A DNA stretch of 64,000 bases from Octopus vulgaris. Its lineage: Eukaryota. Positions 25,484 through 37,590 of this stretch are shown here, in pieces. The position numbers and the translations under genes are program-made. Each line of letters begins with the position of its first letter. Positions within the stretch are counted from its first letter, which is position 1. The stretch lies in NCBI GenBank assembly GCA_951406725.2, contig OX597822.1, forward strand, positions 77,686,001-77,750,000, written 5' to 3'. Under the pieces are notes generated by a model that had not been told where the DNA came from, did no database searches, and saw only the letters and a list, made by a program, of their open reading frames with translations.

Positions 25484-26666
25484 AGCGGCAGACTATGCTG
25501 ATGAGTTTGCAGATATTTATATTCGTAAATATTTACAAATGAAACATGGTACGTAGGTAATTGTTTTATTTCGTATATTTTCATTTGTCTAGCTCACTTT
25601 TACATTCTGGCGTTTGCTGAAATTTTTCTTGAGAACACTCTTCATGGTAAGGTGATTTGACATCAATCTTTAGCATATTAGGAATCCACTTTGGTGGTCA
25701 TTCCTATTAATTTGTATGTAATATATATATATATATATAAAATATATTTACAATGTAGATATGTATGTGTGTGTGTGTAAGCAAAACAATTGTTTCTTTT
25801 GAGAACTTGGTTACTGCTTGATTGCGCAATCACACAGAGTTTGTCACCAAATAATGAATGTCAGATCTGATTGAAGTTACAAAACTTAATGGGTTGCATT
25901 ACTGGTGAGGCGGCATTTGCTGCAAGAATTGTAGTCATTCTCTGTAACAACCAGTTGAATTTAAAAAGCTGTTGCACTTGGTCAGTATATGTTTTGCTAT
26001 GTCCATGGGTGCTTTCTACATGGTACCAGTACGAGTGGTGTTTATCGGTGCAGATGCCACATGAATAGCACTTTGTACACTCCTATAAAGTGGTTGACAT
26101 TGGAAAGGTCATCCAGCTGTAGAAACCATACCAAGACAAACTATGGAAGCTATTGTGGATCCTGCCCTTGCCAGCCCCTACCAAGCCATCTAACCCATGC
26201 CAGCATGGAAAACAGATGTTGAATGATAATGATGATGGGCAAGTACTAAAGGTGGCTGGATTACAATTGGAAGACCTCCACTCCTCCAGAAGTCAGTTGC
26301 ACAATAGTACTTCACGAGTTGGAGCAGAAAAAAAAAACTCGTGTGTGTTAATCATCATTGCCCCCCCCTCACCTTGACATTATTGTCTCAAGTCTTAGAA
26401 CTTGCAGGGATGGTTACCTGATTTCTATTGTATATAAGGAATCAGAAGCACTATATTCCCTCTGAACAGAATACCAGTCCATTGCAGGTTTATTCATTTA
26501 CAGATGAGCAGACTGATCCAATATAGAATAAAGTGATTTGTTCAAGAACACAATACATTGCCTCATCCAGGAATTGAAACTACAATCTCATGATTTTATA
26601 TGCAATGCCCTAACCATGAGGCCACACACTTTCACTGCAACACAAAAAACCAAAATATAAATGTTT

Positions 26667-27120
26667 ATTATTTACTTTATTTACATTTGATGGATATTAG
26701 TCCTCATCTTGTTTGTTATTAGCACAATGCTTCGGCTGATATACCTTCCAGCCTTCATCAGGTGTCTTGGAGAAATTTCGAACTTAGGTTCTCATTCCTA
26801 AGGTATTTTTTGATGTTATTATTATTATTCAGGTCACTGCCTGGAATTGAGCTCGGAACCTTGGGGTTAGGGGCCTGCGCTCTTAACAACTATGCCATAT
26901 GCCCGAATAATAGTAATATTAATAATAATAATAACATCAAAAAATACCTTAGGAATGAGAACCCAGGTTCGAAATTTCCCCCAAGACACCTGATGAAGGC
27001 TGGAGGGTATATCAGCCGAAACGTTGTGTTAGCAACAAACAAGATGAGGACAAATATCCATCAAATATAAATAATGTAAATAACGTACATAATTCCTCAT
27101 CTCTTGAATATAGAACTGTA
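26667..27120. mobile_element. tRNA-headed, hammerhead-bearing SINE-like element as an inverted partial dimer (copy 2)
   Basis: A full minus monomer at 26904-26667 plus a headless + copy at 26905-27120. The arms are near-perfect reverse complements and homologous to copy 1. Confidence 0.82.
26985..27030 (+). ncRNA. Minimal type I hammerhead ribozyme motif (Penelope-type)
   Basis: GACAC CTGATGA a GGCTG gagggtatat CAGCC GAAAC GTT GTGTT: stem I is gacac/gtgtt, stem II has 5 bp, and palindromic AACGTT stands in for stem III. Confidence 0.75.
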
Positions 27121-27574
27121 TTAAATAAAGGTTTATAAAGAAGCTTTGGTTTGACATAATGTGAAAGAATTACTTGTTGATGTCCATTGATCACAATGTA
27201 TACATGTTTGTGTTTGAGATTTCTCTGAGTTTTTTTCTTTGCGGAATCCAAAGCAGTTACTAACAATGTGACAAGGACCTTTTGTTTAAGTGTAAACACT
27301 TCATGAGTTTTTATGAATAAGTTGGTGTCTGGTGTGTTTATTTATGTTAATGTATGTGTGAATAAACCTGCATTTGTGTAATGGTTACACATGTTGCTTT
27401 AGTACACGAGTATGTGTGTGTTCCATTACTGTTCATGTGTGTATGCGTGTATGCCAATCCACTTGCTACTGTGTACATATGTTGGTTCTAGAAAATTCAA
27501 ATGGAGATTCCCTCAAGTGATTTGCAAATTACCCAGAATGACCAAAGCCTTGTGTGTTGATTTGCATCAACGTA

Positions 27575-27635
<61 letters not shown>

Positions 27636-28038
27636 TATAATAATATATAAAGAAACATTGGTTATAGAGCAAATATTAAATTTGAGTCAACGACTTTATA
27701 TATAACACCATACCTCAAACATTTAATCACATAAAGATCACCATGGTTCTTTAACTCATAAAAAAATACATATACATAAAAACAAAGAAGGTAAAAATAT
27801 ACATTCAAATAAAATACAAATAGAACGGCCTATCAAAAAGGTAAATATAAATGACTAAGAATTCGTAAATTACCAAAACTAATAGACAAAGATAAAGTAA
27901 ATGTCCGATGGCTAAAAAAGTTTTATCAAACGATTAAAAATACTTTTTAAAATATTTCAAAAAAGTTTCTTTACTCCCCTCCCAACTGTGCGTCCAAAGT
28001 TCATAAATAAACAGACTTCCACAGGTCAAATTCACACA

Positions 28039-28120
28039 CATCAATAGCCATTTCGGGAGCTCACCATTGCGGTTCAATTACACTGAAGTGCATCATGGCG
28101 ATGACCCCTTCATCAGGATG
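28039..28120 (-). ncRNA. Type I hammerhead motif with extended stem II
   Basis: Minus strand reads CATC CTGATGA a ggggtcatcgccat...atggtgagctccc GAAA tggct ATT GATG. Stem I is catc/gatg and stem III is the near-palindrome aatggctatt. Confidence 0.65.
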
Positions 28121-28696
28121 AACATGAAGCAGGAAACCCACACAGAGCAATATATACACACACACACATATACAAGCATACATACATGTATTCATATATA
28201 TATATATATACATACATACATACATGTACCTACGAATACACACACACTCATGTAGATGTAGCTGTGAGGTTAGGAAGCTTTCTTCCTAAACATGTGCACT
28301 TGGGTTTAGTCCCATGATGCAGCACCATAGGCAAGTGCCTTCTACTGTATCCCCTGGGCCAACCAAAGCCTTGTGTGTGGATTTCGTGGACAGAAACAAG
28401 TGAAAGAAGTCCCCACCCCATATATATAATGTCTGTGTGTGTGTGTGTGTACGCATGTGTATTTGTGTGCACCCTTGTCTTCACATCATGTTATATTTGT
28501 AAGCAAATGTTGTTTCATGAAAAATATGTTTGGCCATGGGAAGCATTACCTCCTTTGAAAACAAATGAGGGTTGGCAACAGGAAGAGCACGCAAGTATAG
28601 GATATCTACCTCAATAAATCCCATCTGAGGCAGGCATGCAGGAAAATGGATGTTAAATGATGATAACAATGTATGTACATATATGTGGTGGGTGGT

Positions 28697-28910
28697 ATGA
28701 GGGGGGGTGCTAAGAAGTTCATGACTTTGAATAAAAGAAAATACAGGAGTTAATTATGATTTTATTGAATATATTCCCCTCTCAGATTCACACAGATTCA
28801 CAGTGGTGCTTCACTTTTTCTAAGCCCTGTAAAAGAACTCGGAAGGTTGGGCCTCTAACCAGGCCTTTCACTAGACCCTTAAAGCCAGGAACTGTTCAGC
28901 ATCCTGTCAT
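28697..28910 (-). mobile_element. Internally deleted mariner (MITE-like)
   Basis: Degenerate TIRs tatgaggggggtgctaagaagttcatgacttt / aaagccaggaactgttcagcatcctgtcata. Minus-strand C-terminal remnant FLQGLEKVKHHCE..VNLRGEYIQ*. Confidence 0.7.
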
Positions 28911-28944
28911 ATATATATATATATATATACACATACATACATAG

Positions 28945-29448
28945 CTAGTTTGGTCATGTGCTGTAGATGGATGCTGAAAGTTCCATAAGGAAGTGTTGAT
29001 CTCGCTAATTAGAAGGAACATGCGGGAGGCCCAGGAAGGTATGAGAAGAAATACTGAAGAAATTACCTCAGGACACGGAACCTTTCAGGCAAGATGACAA
29101 AGGACCAAGATGTCTGGTACCTTGCTGTACTCAGGAAGCCTTGTATTCCACAGCAGACGTGTTAAGACCGGTCAACCTGGTGGTGAGGATTGACCTCAAG
29201 AATCCTGCATCAGTGCTAATGCCATGTAAAAGCACCCATGTGGTACCATGTAGAAGCACTTGTGTGGTGCTATGTAAAAGTACCCAACACACCCTGTTAA
29301 CTGCTTGGTATTAGGAAGGTCATCCAGCCATAGAAACCATGCCAAACCTGACTGGATCCAGGTGCAGCTCTCCAGCTTGCCAGCTCTGGTCAAACCGTTC
29401 AGCCCATGTCAGCATGGACAATGGACATTAAATGATGATGATGATGAT
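28945..29448 (+). mobile_element. 5'-truncated RTE LINE end with 3' tail
   Basis: Degenerate FGHVL*MD...EGTCGRPRK followed by the family C tail and (GAT)n. Confidence 0.75.
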
Positions 29449-29828
29449 CTATAGTCCCAAGTTGTTGGCCACTCTTTTGAAACTATGTACATGAAATTTT
29501 GCAGGAGGGCAGATCTTCGAGAACAATGTTATAAGTCCTGAGACAATTTGCGGTACGTTCTAACTTATTATGAATCCAGACAATGCTTTGAACTGTTGCT
29601 TGTTATTAATTAATGTGTTTGATTATAAGAAGAAAGAATTTAAAATATCTAGAATTTTCCAGAAATATATATGTATGATGTAACTCTCTTCATTACAGCC
29701 ATTTAGGTTTACACTAAAATATCAGAATTGTTTCTTTTTGTTTAGTTAAGATTTTTATGTGTTTAATTTTGCTTCCAGTTCAACTTATTCATGATGTTTA
29801 CTGTATTCACACACACACACACACACAC

Positions 29829-29870
<42 letters not shown>

Positions 29871-30229
29871 CATCTATGAGAGAGTGAGTTATAAATGTAT
29901 ATATCATATGTTTCAATGTGTGTGTGTATGAATGTGTGTGTGAGTGTGTGTGCTTGACATATGCAGTCACATGTTTGTGCATATATTACGTATTTATATG
30001 CATGTATATACACATATTTGTGTGGCAATGTATATATGTATATTTATGTCTCTGCTTTTATATATATACATATATATGTGTATGTGTGTGAGAGAGAGAG
30101 AGAGCACTTATGCAGAAGTGTGCTGAAGCCGTAACGTCTTTCTATTATATATATATGTGTATGTGTGAGTGTGTGTAATATTTGTATGTATATTTATAGA
30201 TATACATATATATATGTATATCTGTATAA

Positions 30230-30275
<46 letters not shown>

Positions 30276-33200
30276 ATGTATGTTATATAGTTGCTTTGTT
30301 GAAATTTCAAGACATTTTCTCTAAGCACCATTGGAGTTGTTTGTTTTGTACCAGGAAATGATGAAAAAAATATTCTAAGAACTGATGAACTGACACCCTG
30401 CTGTTGTATGTCTGTATACAATGACTGTTGTGGATCTTTTGTGGTCAGTGCTACATCTTATTTTTCATTAGCTAACGTAGTGGTCTCTATGCAGTTATTA
30501 ATAGACCTGCTAGAAATAATAGGTAAATCTTCCTCAAATCACTCCTAGCAAAGCAATGATATATTAGAATACTTAACATATGGAATAATTAAATGTCAAA
30601 TTTGAAATAAATTTGTAATTAGGGAGGAGCAATGTTTTTCTCTTATCTTGTCTTGACCTGCTAGAAATAACCACCAAATTCCTCTCTTTTACTCTTTTCA
30701 GTCATTTGACTGCAGCCATGCTGGAGTACCACCTTTAGTTGAGCAAATTGACCCCGGGACTTATTCTTTGTAAGCCTGGTACTTATTCTATTGGTCTCTT
30801 TTGCCAAACCGCTAATTGACGGGGACATAAACACACCAGCATCGGTTGTCAAGCAGTGCTAGGGGGACACACAAACACACACACGCACATATATATACAT
30901 ATATACGGCAGGCTTCTTTCAGTTTCTGTCTACCAAATCCACTCACAAGGCTTTGGTCAGCCTGAGGCTATAGTAGAAAACAATTGTCCAAGATGCCATG
31001 CAGTGGGACTGAATCAGGAACCATATGGTTGGTAAGCAAGCTATTTACCACACAGCCACTCCTCTCAGTTTTTTTTTTTTAAGAGATAGAATCTTGTACT
31101 CTCCACTTTTTTTTGTATTTTGCCTTTTCTGAGAACTTGAAAATTATTCAAGTCAATGAGTATGCCACCCAGTGTTCACTCAGAATGCTAGAAATAGCTG
31201 TGAAATTTCCCTCACATACACTCTACTATCTTAATCCTTTTGTTTCCATTTTTCTGTTTAAACTTTCTAGCTTTGTTCCTATTAATATTATTATATAATG
31301 AATCATTATTGATCATCATCATCATCAAACGTCTGTTTTCCATGCTGGCATGGGTTGGACGGTTTGACAGGAGCCAACAAACCAGGGGCTATGTCTGGCA
31401 CCTGTCTGGTTTGGCATAGTTTTTGTGGCTGGATGCCCTTCCTAATGCCACCACTTTACAGCATGGACTGAGTGCTTTTATGTGGCACCAGAAACATAAA
31501 TTGGCATGTTTTGATAGGCTTTAAGTTAAATTATTCTAAAACAGGAAACTTGTATCATAGATCTTAAGACAGTTTCAGGTGAATTGGTATAAAAAAAGAT
31601 AAGAAAGAAAGATTGATTGGATTATGTGATCTTGCATGTTTGCACTATACCTCAGGAAAAGACAAGCTGGTCATGGCTGGAATTCCCTTGGCCATTGGTT
31701 TGTTGAGTCTGGGCTGAATTGGAGTTAAATAGCAAATTACTAATTCTAATAGTTACGTGGTTGCGTTCCTTTTGAGCATTGGGCCTTATGGGGACAAAGA
31801 AGCACAGTCCCTTTTGAGCATGGGCCTTATAGAGACAAAGGGGCTGAGTTCTTTCGAGCATTGGGCCTTATCGAGGCAAAAAGGCTCAGTTCCTTTCAAC
31901 CATTGGTCCTCATGAAGGCAAAGTGGCTGAGTTTCTTTTCCACATTGGGCCTCACAGAGGAAATGACCGGGACCATTGGCATTATGTCATGCTTGAGTAG
32001 AAGACCCATCTAGCCAAGTAAAATCACAGTCATAGCAGATACTGGTGTCATGCAAATGGCACCCATGGTGGTGGCATGTAAAAGCACCAATTACACTCTC
32101 AGAGTGGTTAGCATTAGGAAGAGCATCCAGCCATAGAAAACTATACCAAATCAGACTAGAGTTTGGTACAGCCTTCCAGCTTGCCAGCCGCAGTCACACT
32201 GTCCAACCCTTATCAGCATGGATTATGGACGTTAAATGATGACAGTGATGATGATGATGATGATAACATGCATCACCATCACCATTGTTTAATGTCTATT
32301 TTCTCTGCTGGCATGGGTTTGACAGTCCAACAGGAGCTGGCATGGCCACAGACAATTCCAAGTTCCAACATCTGCTTTGGCATGGCTTCTACAGCTGGAT
32401 GCTCTTCCTAACACCATCCACTTCACAGAATATACTGGGTAGTATTTATGTGGCACCAACACCTGTGAGGTCACCAAACGACTTACAAGAGAAGACCCCT
32501 TAACTGAGACGTTGTAAATATTGAGGAAGGTAGCTTTATGCCAGGTAATGAGAAGTTAAAAATATGATCAAGAGATGGGAACAGGTTGCTTGCTGTAGAG
32601 AAAATACATGGTTACCCCTGCTGGTGAAGACATGCCAGAGTATACCCTCATCTCATAGGACGGTGAAAGTACAAGAAATGATACAGAAGAAAACATGATG
32701 CTGATATTGCACTAATTCATACAAACGTGAAATTTTGTCATTTCAGCAGCTATGTCAATCAGAATTTTATGACAGGCTTCTAAAGTCATCAAAATTGAAA
32801 ATATCAAAGAATTTGGAAATTATGAATTCTAATGGATTGCTAATAACCAATAATGAACTCTTCTAATATGTTTAGAACCAATTCAGATATGAAATTGTTA
32901 CAGTTTTTCCTTTTTTTTTATTCTTGCTGTGATGAAAAATTTACAAGTTTGTGACAAATTGAGGTGTTAGGTGAGGGGAGTGTGGTGTCAAAGAAATTTT
33001 TAAATTTTGCCATTTCAAAGAGTTTGAAAAACCATGAATTCTTTCAGGTGATTAAATTAGAATAATAATATCTTATTAATTAATTATTTATTCATATCTT
33101 GATGTGGTTGAACATTTACAGAAGAGACTTGAATGGATTAAGAATTTTTTTCAAAATCCTTACAAATACATACATACATACATACATACATACATGTATA

Positions 33201-33547
33201 TGTATGTACGGATGCATGTATGGAACAAAGAATGGCCGAACTTGAGATCTTGGGGAGAGAATGCAAATCGTTAATTCATGCATTACAAATGATCATAATA
33301 TCTGGAATTATAAAAATCTTCAAGACCTTCATCAGATTCAAAAGATGATGAACAAAACAAGATACTTTCCTTCACCATCTTGGTACCAAGTGGGTAAATA
33401 CAAATAAATTATCATCTTATTTGTATTTATATATACATTTTGACATTAAAAAAAAAACAAATGTTAGTTTGTTCATATTTATAAACACGTGGCTGTACAT
33501 TTAGCTTTAAAAAGAGTAAGAGAACAACATACATGCATACATACATA

Positions 33548-33733
33548 TAGTGATACCTCGACTATCGCAGGTGTTATGTTCCAAAACCTCCCACAGAAAT
33601 AATTAAAATATAAAAAAAAATATGAATACCTGTCGGCTGCAGAAACCCATGATATAAATTTACAAATATTAACCAGAAAAATCCATGTACTGAGTGAACG
33701 ATAGGTGAACCGTGACATAATGAGGGATTACAC
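33548..33733. mobile_element. pogo/Tigger-like MITE
   Basis: Degenerate TIRs tagtgatacctcgactatcgcagg / ccgtgacataatgagggattac resemble Tigger-type termini. Confidence 0.55.
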
Positions 33734-33953
33734 TCTTTTACTCTTTTACGTGTTTCAGTCATTTGATTGCGGCCTTGCTGGAGCACCGCCTTTAATCGAG
33801 CAAGTCGACCCCAGGACTTATTCTTTGTAAGCCTAGTACTTATTCTATTGGCTTCTTTTGGCGAACCGCTAAGTTATGGGGACGTAAACACACCAGCATC
33901 GGTTGTCAAGCGATGTTGGGGGAACAAACACAGACACACAAACATATACACAC

Positions 33954-34006
<53 letters not shown>

Positions 34007-34389
34007 CAATGGGCTTCTTTCAGTTTCTGTCTACCAAATCCACTCACAAGGCTTTGGTCGGCCCGAGGTTATAGTAGAAGACACTTGCCCAAGGTGCCAT
34101 GCAGTGGGAATGAACCCAGAACCGTGTGGTTGGTAAACAAGTTACTTACCACACAGCCACTCCAGCGCCTATACTGTACATATATACATGTATATAGAAA
34201 TATAAACAAACATCTGTTTTTTTATAAGCATTGAAAGATGTATTGTAAATACAAATAAATTATCATCTTATTTGTATTTATATATATATTTTGGCACTTA
34301 TAAAAAACAAATGTTAGTTTGTTCATATTTATATACACGTGACTGTACATTTAGCTTTAAAAACATCGAAAATGGATTAATTTGTCAGC

Positions 34390-34463
34390 AAGCAGTTTAG
34401 CGTAGTGGTAAAGCACTTGGTTGGAGTCTTCAAGAGATGTGGTTTCAAGTCTCATGGTTGTTT
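34390..34463 (+). pseudogene. Degenerate tRNA-like sequence (pseudo-tRNA or solitary SINE head)
   Basis: D-arm TAGCGTAGTGGTAAAGC, anticodon stem cttgg/tcaag and T-arm gtggtttcaagtctcat. The loops are irregular. Confidence 0.4.
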
Positions 34464-34860
34464 GTTGACAAATTTTTCTGCTTTGTAAGGGTAATTTACC
34501 CACTGTTTCTGCTGTTCTAACGGCATCAGCATTTGAATATAAATCATCATTTTATTTATATCGTACCATATATACATACATCATCATCACCTTGTACCTT
34601 TTTAACTGCCACTTGCATGGGTCTAACAGAATTAGCTGAGGCAAATTTTTTGCAACTGGATGCCCTTCCTGTTGCCAACCCTCACACTTTTCCAAATAAA
34701 ATAATATTTCTCAATGAAGTGACATGTTCTCACAGCAGATTGAAAATGAAGGATATTGCTTGCATGATGGCGATCTACATTTACAACTATGATATGAGGT
34801 CAAGGAGACAGTAACACATATGCACACACACACACATGTGTGTATAATTAAATGTCAAAC

Positions 34861-34972
34861 AATCTTAATTTTTCAAGTTGATCACATGAAGAAATGGTGT
34901 TCATCTCCATTTTTCAAAGTGGAGATGAACACCATTCCTTCATGTGATCAGCTTGAAAAATTGTTAAGATAT
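34861..34972. repeat. Near-perfect palindrome (~50-bp arms, 4-6 nt loop)
   Basis: tttttcaagttgatcacatgaagaaatggtgttcatctccattt pairs with aaagtggagatgaacaccattccttcatgtgatcagcttgaaaaa. Confidence 0.92.
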
Positions 34973-35569
34973 TAAGATATTTTCTTAACATGAAACCAAT
35001 GGTAGCCTTAATATACAAATAAAGTATGTGTGTGTTTGTGTGTATTAAAACAATCTCGCCATATATGTATGTATGTGTGTATGTATGTATGTATGTATGT
35101 GGTGAGCTTGTTTCAATTTCCATCTTCCATTCACATATCTTTAATCAGCCGAGAACTATAATGAAAGACCCTTGCCCCAAGGTGCCATGCAGTGGGCCTG
35201 ATCCCCAAACCATGTGGTTGGTAAGCAAACTTGCTTACCACAAAGCTATGCCTGCATCTAAGAACAAATATTGTAATAGACTTCCGTTTTATTTATTTCT
35301 GTTTTTTCTCATCAATGTTTACATCCTTTTCTAATAGACATCATTTTAAGATTTGCGTACATCATCATGATCATCTGCAACCAACAACAGTTGGAGTCTG
35401 GGAATCTTGTCCATCTGATCAATTCTCGTCATTGATCTCTATTTTCCTACAGTTTTATTAATTGTTTCTTCTTCAATTCTGTTTTCACCATTATGTTATT
35501 ATTCATCATTATGTTATCCTTTGTTCTGAGTCTTCCTGTAGTTTTCTGTTTTTTTCAATAACTTTCACA

Positions 35570-36900
35570 ATGACCAAATCATTCCTGCATGCCACCTATC
35601 CTTTCGACATACCAAAATATTTAATATTCTACCTGTCCAGTTCTTTAGCAAGACTCCATCCATTTCTTTATTTTCTAGTTTGCTCCAAGGCATACTGATT
35701 TGTCCTTTCTCTCTGTGCAGCTGATTCTTAACATTCTTCTAAAGCACCAAACTTGAAAACCCTCTCCCATTTTTCTGTCAGTATTTCGAAATCTAACACT
35801 TTAGATCCATGTGTTGCTACTGGAAATATCAGGGTGTGAAAATGTGCTACAATTTCAACCATTTTTTTTTCTTTCCTTTTACTTATTGGTGATTTTTTTT
35901 TTCCAATATGGTTTAAAGAGATAATAGCATATTTTGTTAAAGCATTTCTTCATTTTATCTCTTTACTTTCATCCCATTGATTTGTAATAATACTTCAAAG
36001 ATAGGAGAACTTATAGACTTCTATGACAGTTTGATTATCAATTATTATTGGATTATTTTGGTTAAATGTTTCTGAGATAATCATTGATTCAGTTTTGTCA
36101 AAATTAATGAATAAACAATATTCTTCACATTTCGTGTAACTTTCTCCATCAAAATCTTCAATTCTTTCAGTAACCATCAATAAAGAAAGCTAAAAATAAA
36201 TGAAACCTAAAGGCTGAAGGAATTTTCTTTTCCATAAAGTCTACAAGCTACTTCACTTTTGTATTTGGTTTGCAAGATTCTTGATGTGAAATTGTGTATT
36301 GAAATATATTTTGTTGTATGTCTGATGGGTTCATTACAGCAATGATAAACACATGCACTGGCTCTATTTCACTTGTTTATTATTTATTAGTCACTTGGTT
36401 AACTAGTTGACTAATCAATTCTTTGATTAATCATTCGGACAGTCAATCAATCTATAAATATACATATTTCACCAAATGTATAAAATATGATTCTTTGTAC
36501 TCAAATGGAGTTTGAAATTTTCCACAACAAAAACATCATAAGCAAAAAACTTAGATCCTAATTTCTCCACAGATAAACATAGCAAATTTGTGACTGTTCT
36601 TCCACCAATTTCAGCTGTACCTTCAAAACTTTCTAGACCTCTTCTCATTACATTTCTGCATAGATGTTTTATATAGAGAAGGTGAAAGGACAATCCTTGT
36701 CATAACTCTGCTCAATTTCAAATCACCAATTGAAGCTCACATTAGTTTTGACAGCTGCTATTTTCTGGAAATAAAGTAATTTTAGAAATTCTATAAAATA
36801 TTGAGAACATCCCATTTTTATAACCACAGACCATAATTTGTCATCAATAACACTGTCAAAAGTATTTTTGATCATCAATAAAAACCAATAAATTGTTATT
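35570..36900 (-). pseudogene. Old, fragmented RTE-like reverse transcriptase
   Basis: Remnants VMRRGLESFEGTAEIGGRTVTNL and INFDKTESMI...EVYKFSYL, interrupted by another repeat at ~36240-36460. Confidence 0.65.
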
Positions 36901-37274
36901 CACTATCCTCTTTAGTTTTCTGAATAACCTTCATTAAGTTAACATTTTTCCTACCAAGTTCATTCTGCTCTACATTTTCTTTTTAATTTTGTTACAACTT
37001 ATGTGCTTTTCCAGTTTTTTTAGTCATACATATGTTGTAGTTCAGTGTGTAAACTAATATATACTAATATATATAACTAATATATACTACCTACAGTGCA
37101 GACAAAAAGCATTACAAACAAAATAGTGGGAAAGATCTAGAAATATACTGGATTAAAAGAAGAGATATCAAGAATGTGAGAGAAGGCATGGTTTGTAACT
37201 GTGTGGTTTTGAGTTCCATCCCACTGTGTGTCACCTTGGGCAAGTGTTTTCTATATTGCCCAATACCTTGTGAG

Positions 37275-37590
37275 CAGTGGCAGACTGGCCAGGTTGCCAG
37301 CTTTCCCCATGGCAAGTGGGCCCCTGCGCCATTAGAATCCATATATGGGGCCCCATGTTAGTATCTAAGGGGCCCATTCCCTCAAGTTTGAGAATTTTTT
37401 ATTCACTCTTGGAAGAATGCATTAGTTCAGTCTGGCTATGCTTGTAGATAGTTCAAAAGAATACTTTTAACAACAAAAAAAAAATGAATTAAATTATAGC
37501 ATTGTAGTTGTGTGTGGGCCCCCCTTGTAGTTGCAGTTGGACCCCCTTAGTCTCCTGGCAACCAATATTTTTAGACCCAGTCTGCCACTG
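37275..37590. mobile_element. hAT-type MITE (316 bp) inserted into a SINE-A
   Basis: Perfect 14-bp TIR cagtggcagactgg/ccagtctgccactg and 8-bp TSD cttgtgag at 37267-37274 and 37591-37598. Confidence 0.93.

Noticed and set aside
33213-33400. Short + strand ORFs in unique-looking DNA
   Set aside because: They are under 60 aa, have no acceptor/donor pair consistent with a frame, and show no recognisable similarity.
34390-34463. Functional tRNA gene
   Set aside because: The anticodon loop and T-arm are irregular and the acceptor stem is weak, so it is kept only as a pseudo-tRNA. SINE heads elsewhere are likewise not real tRNAs.
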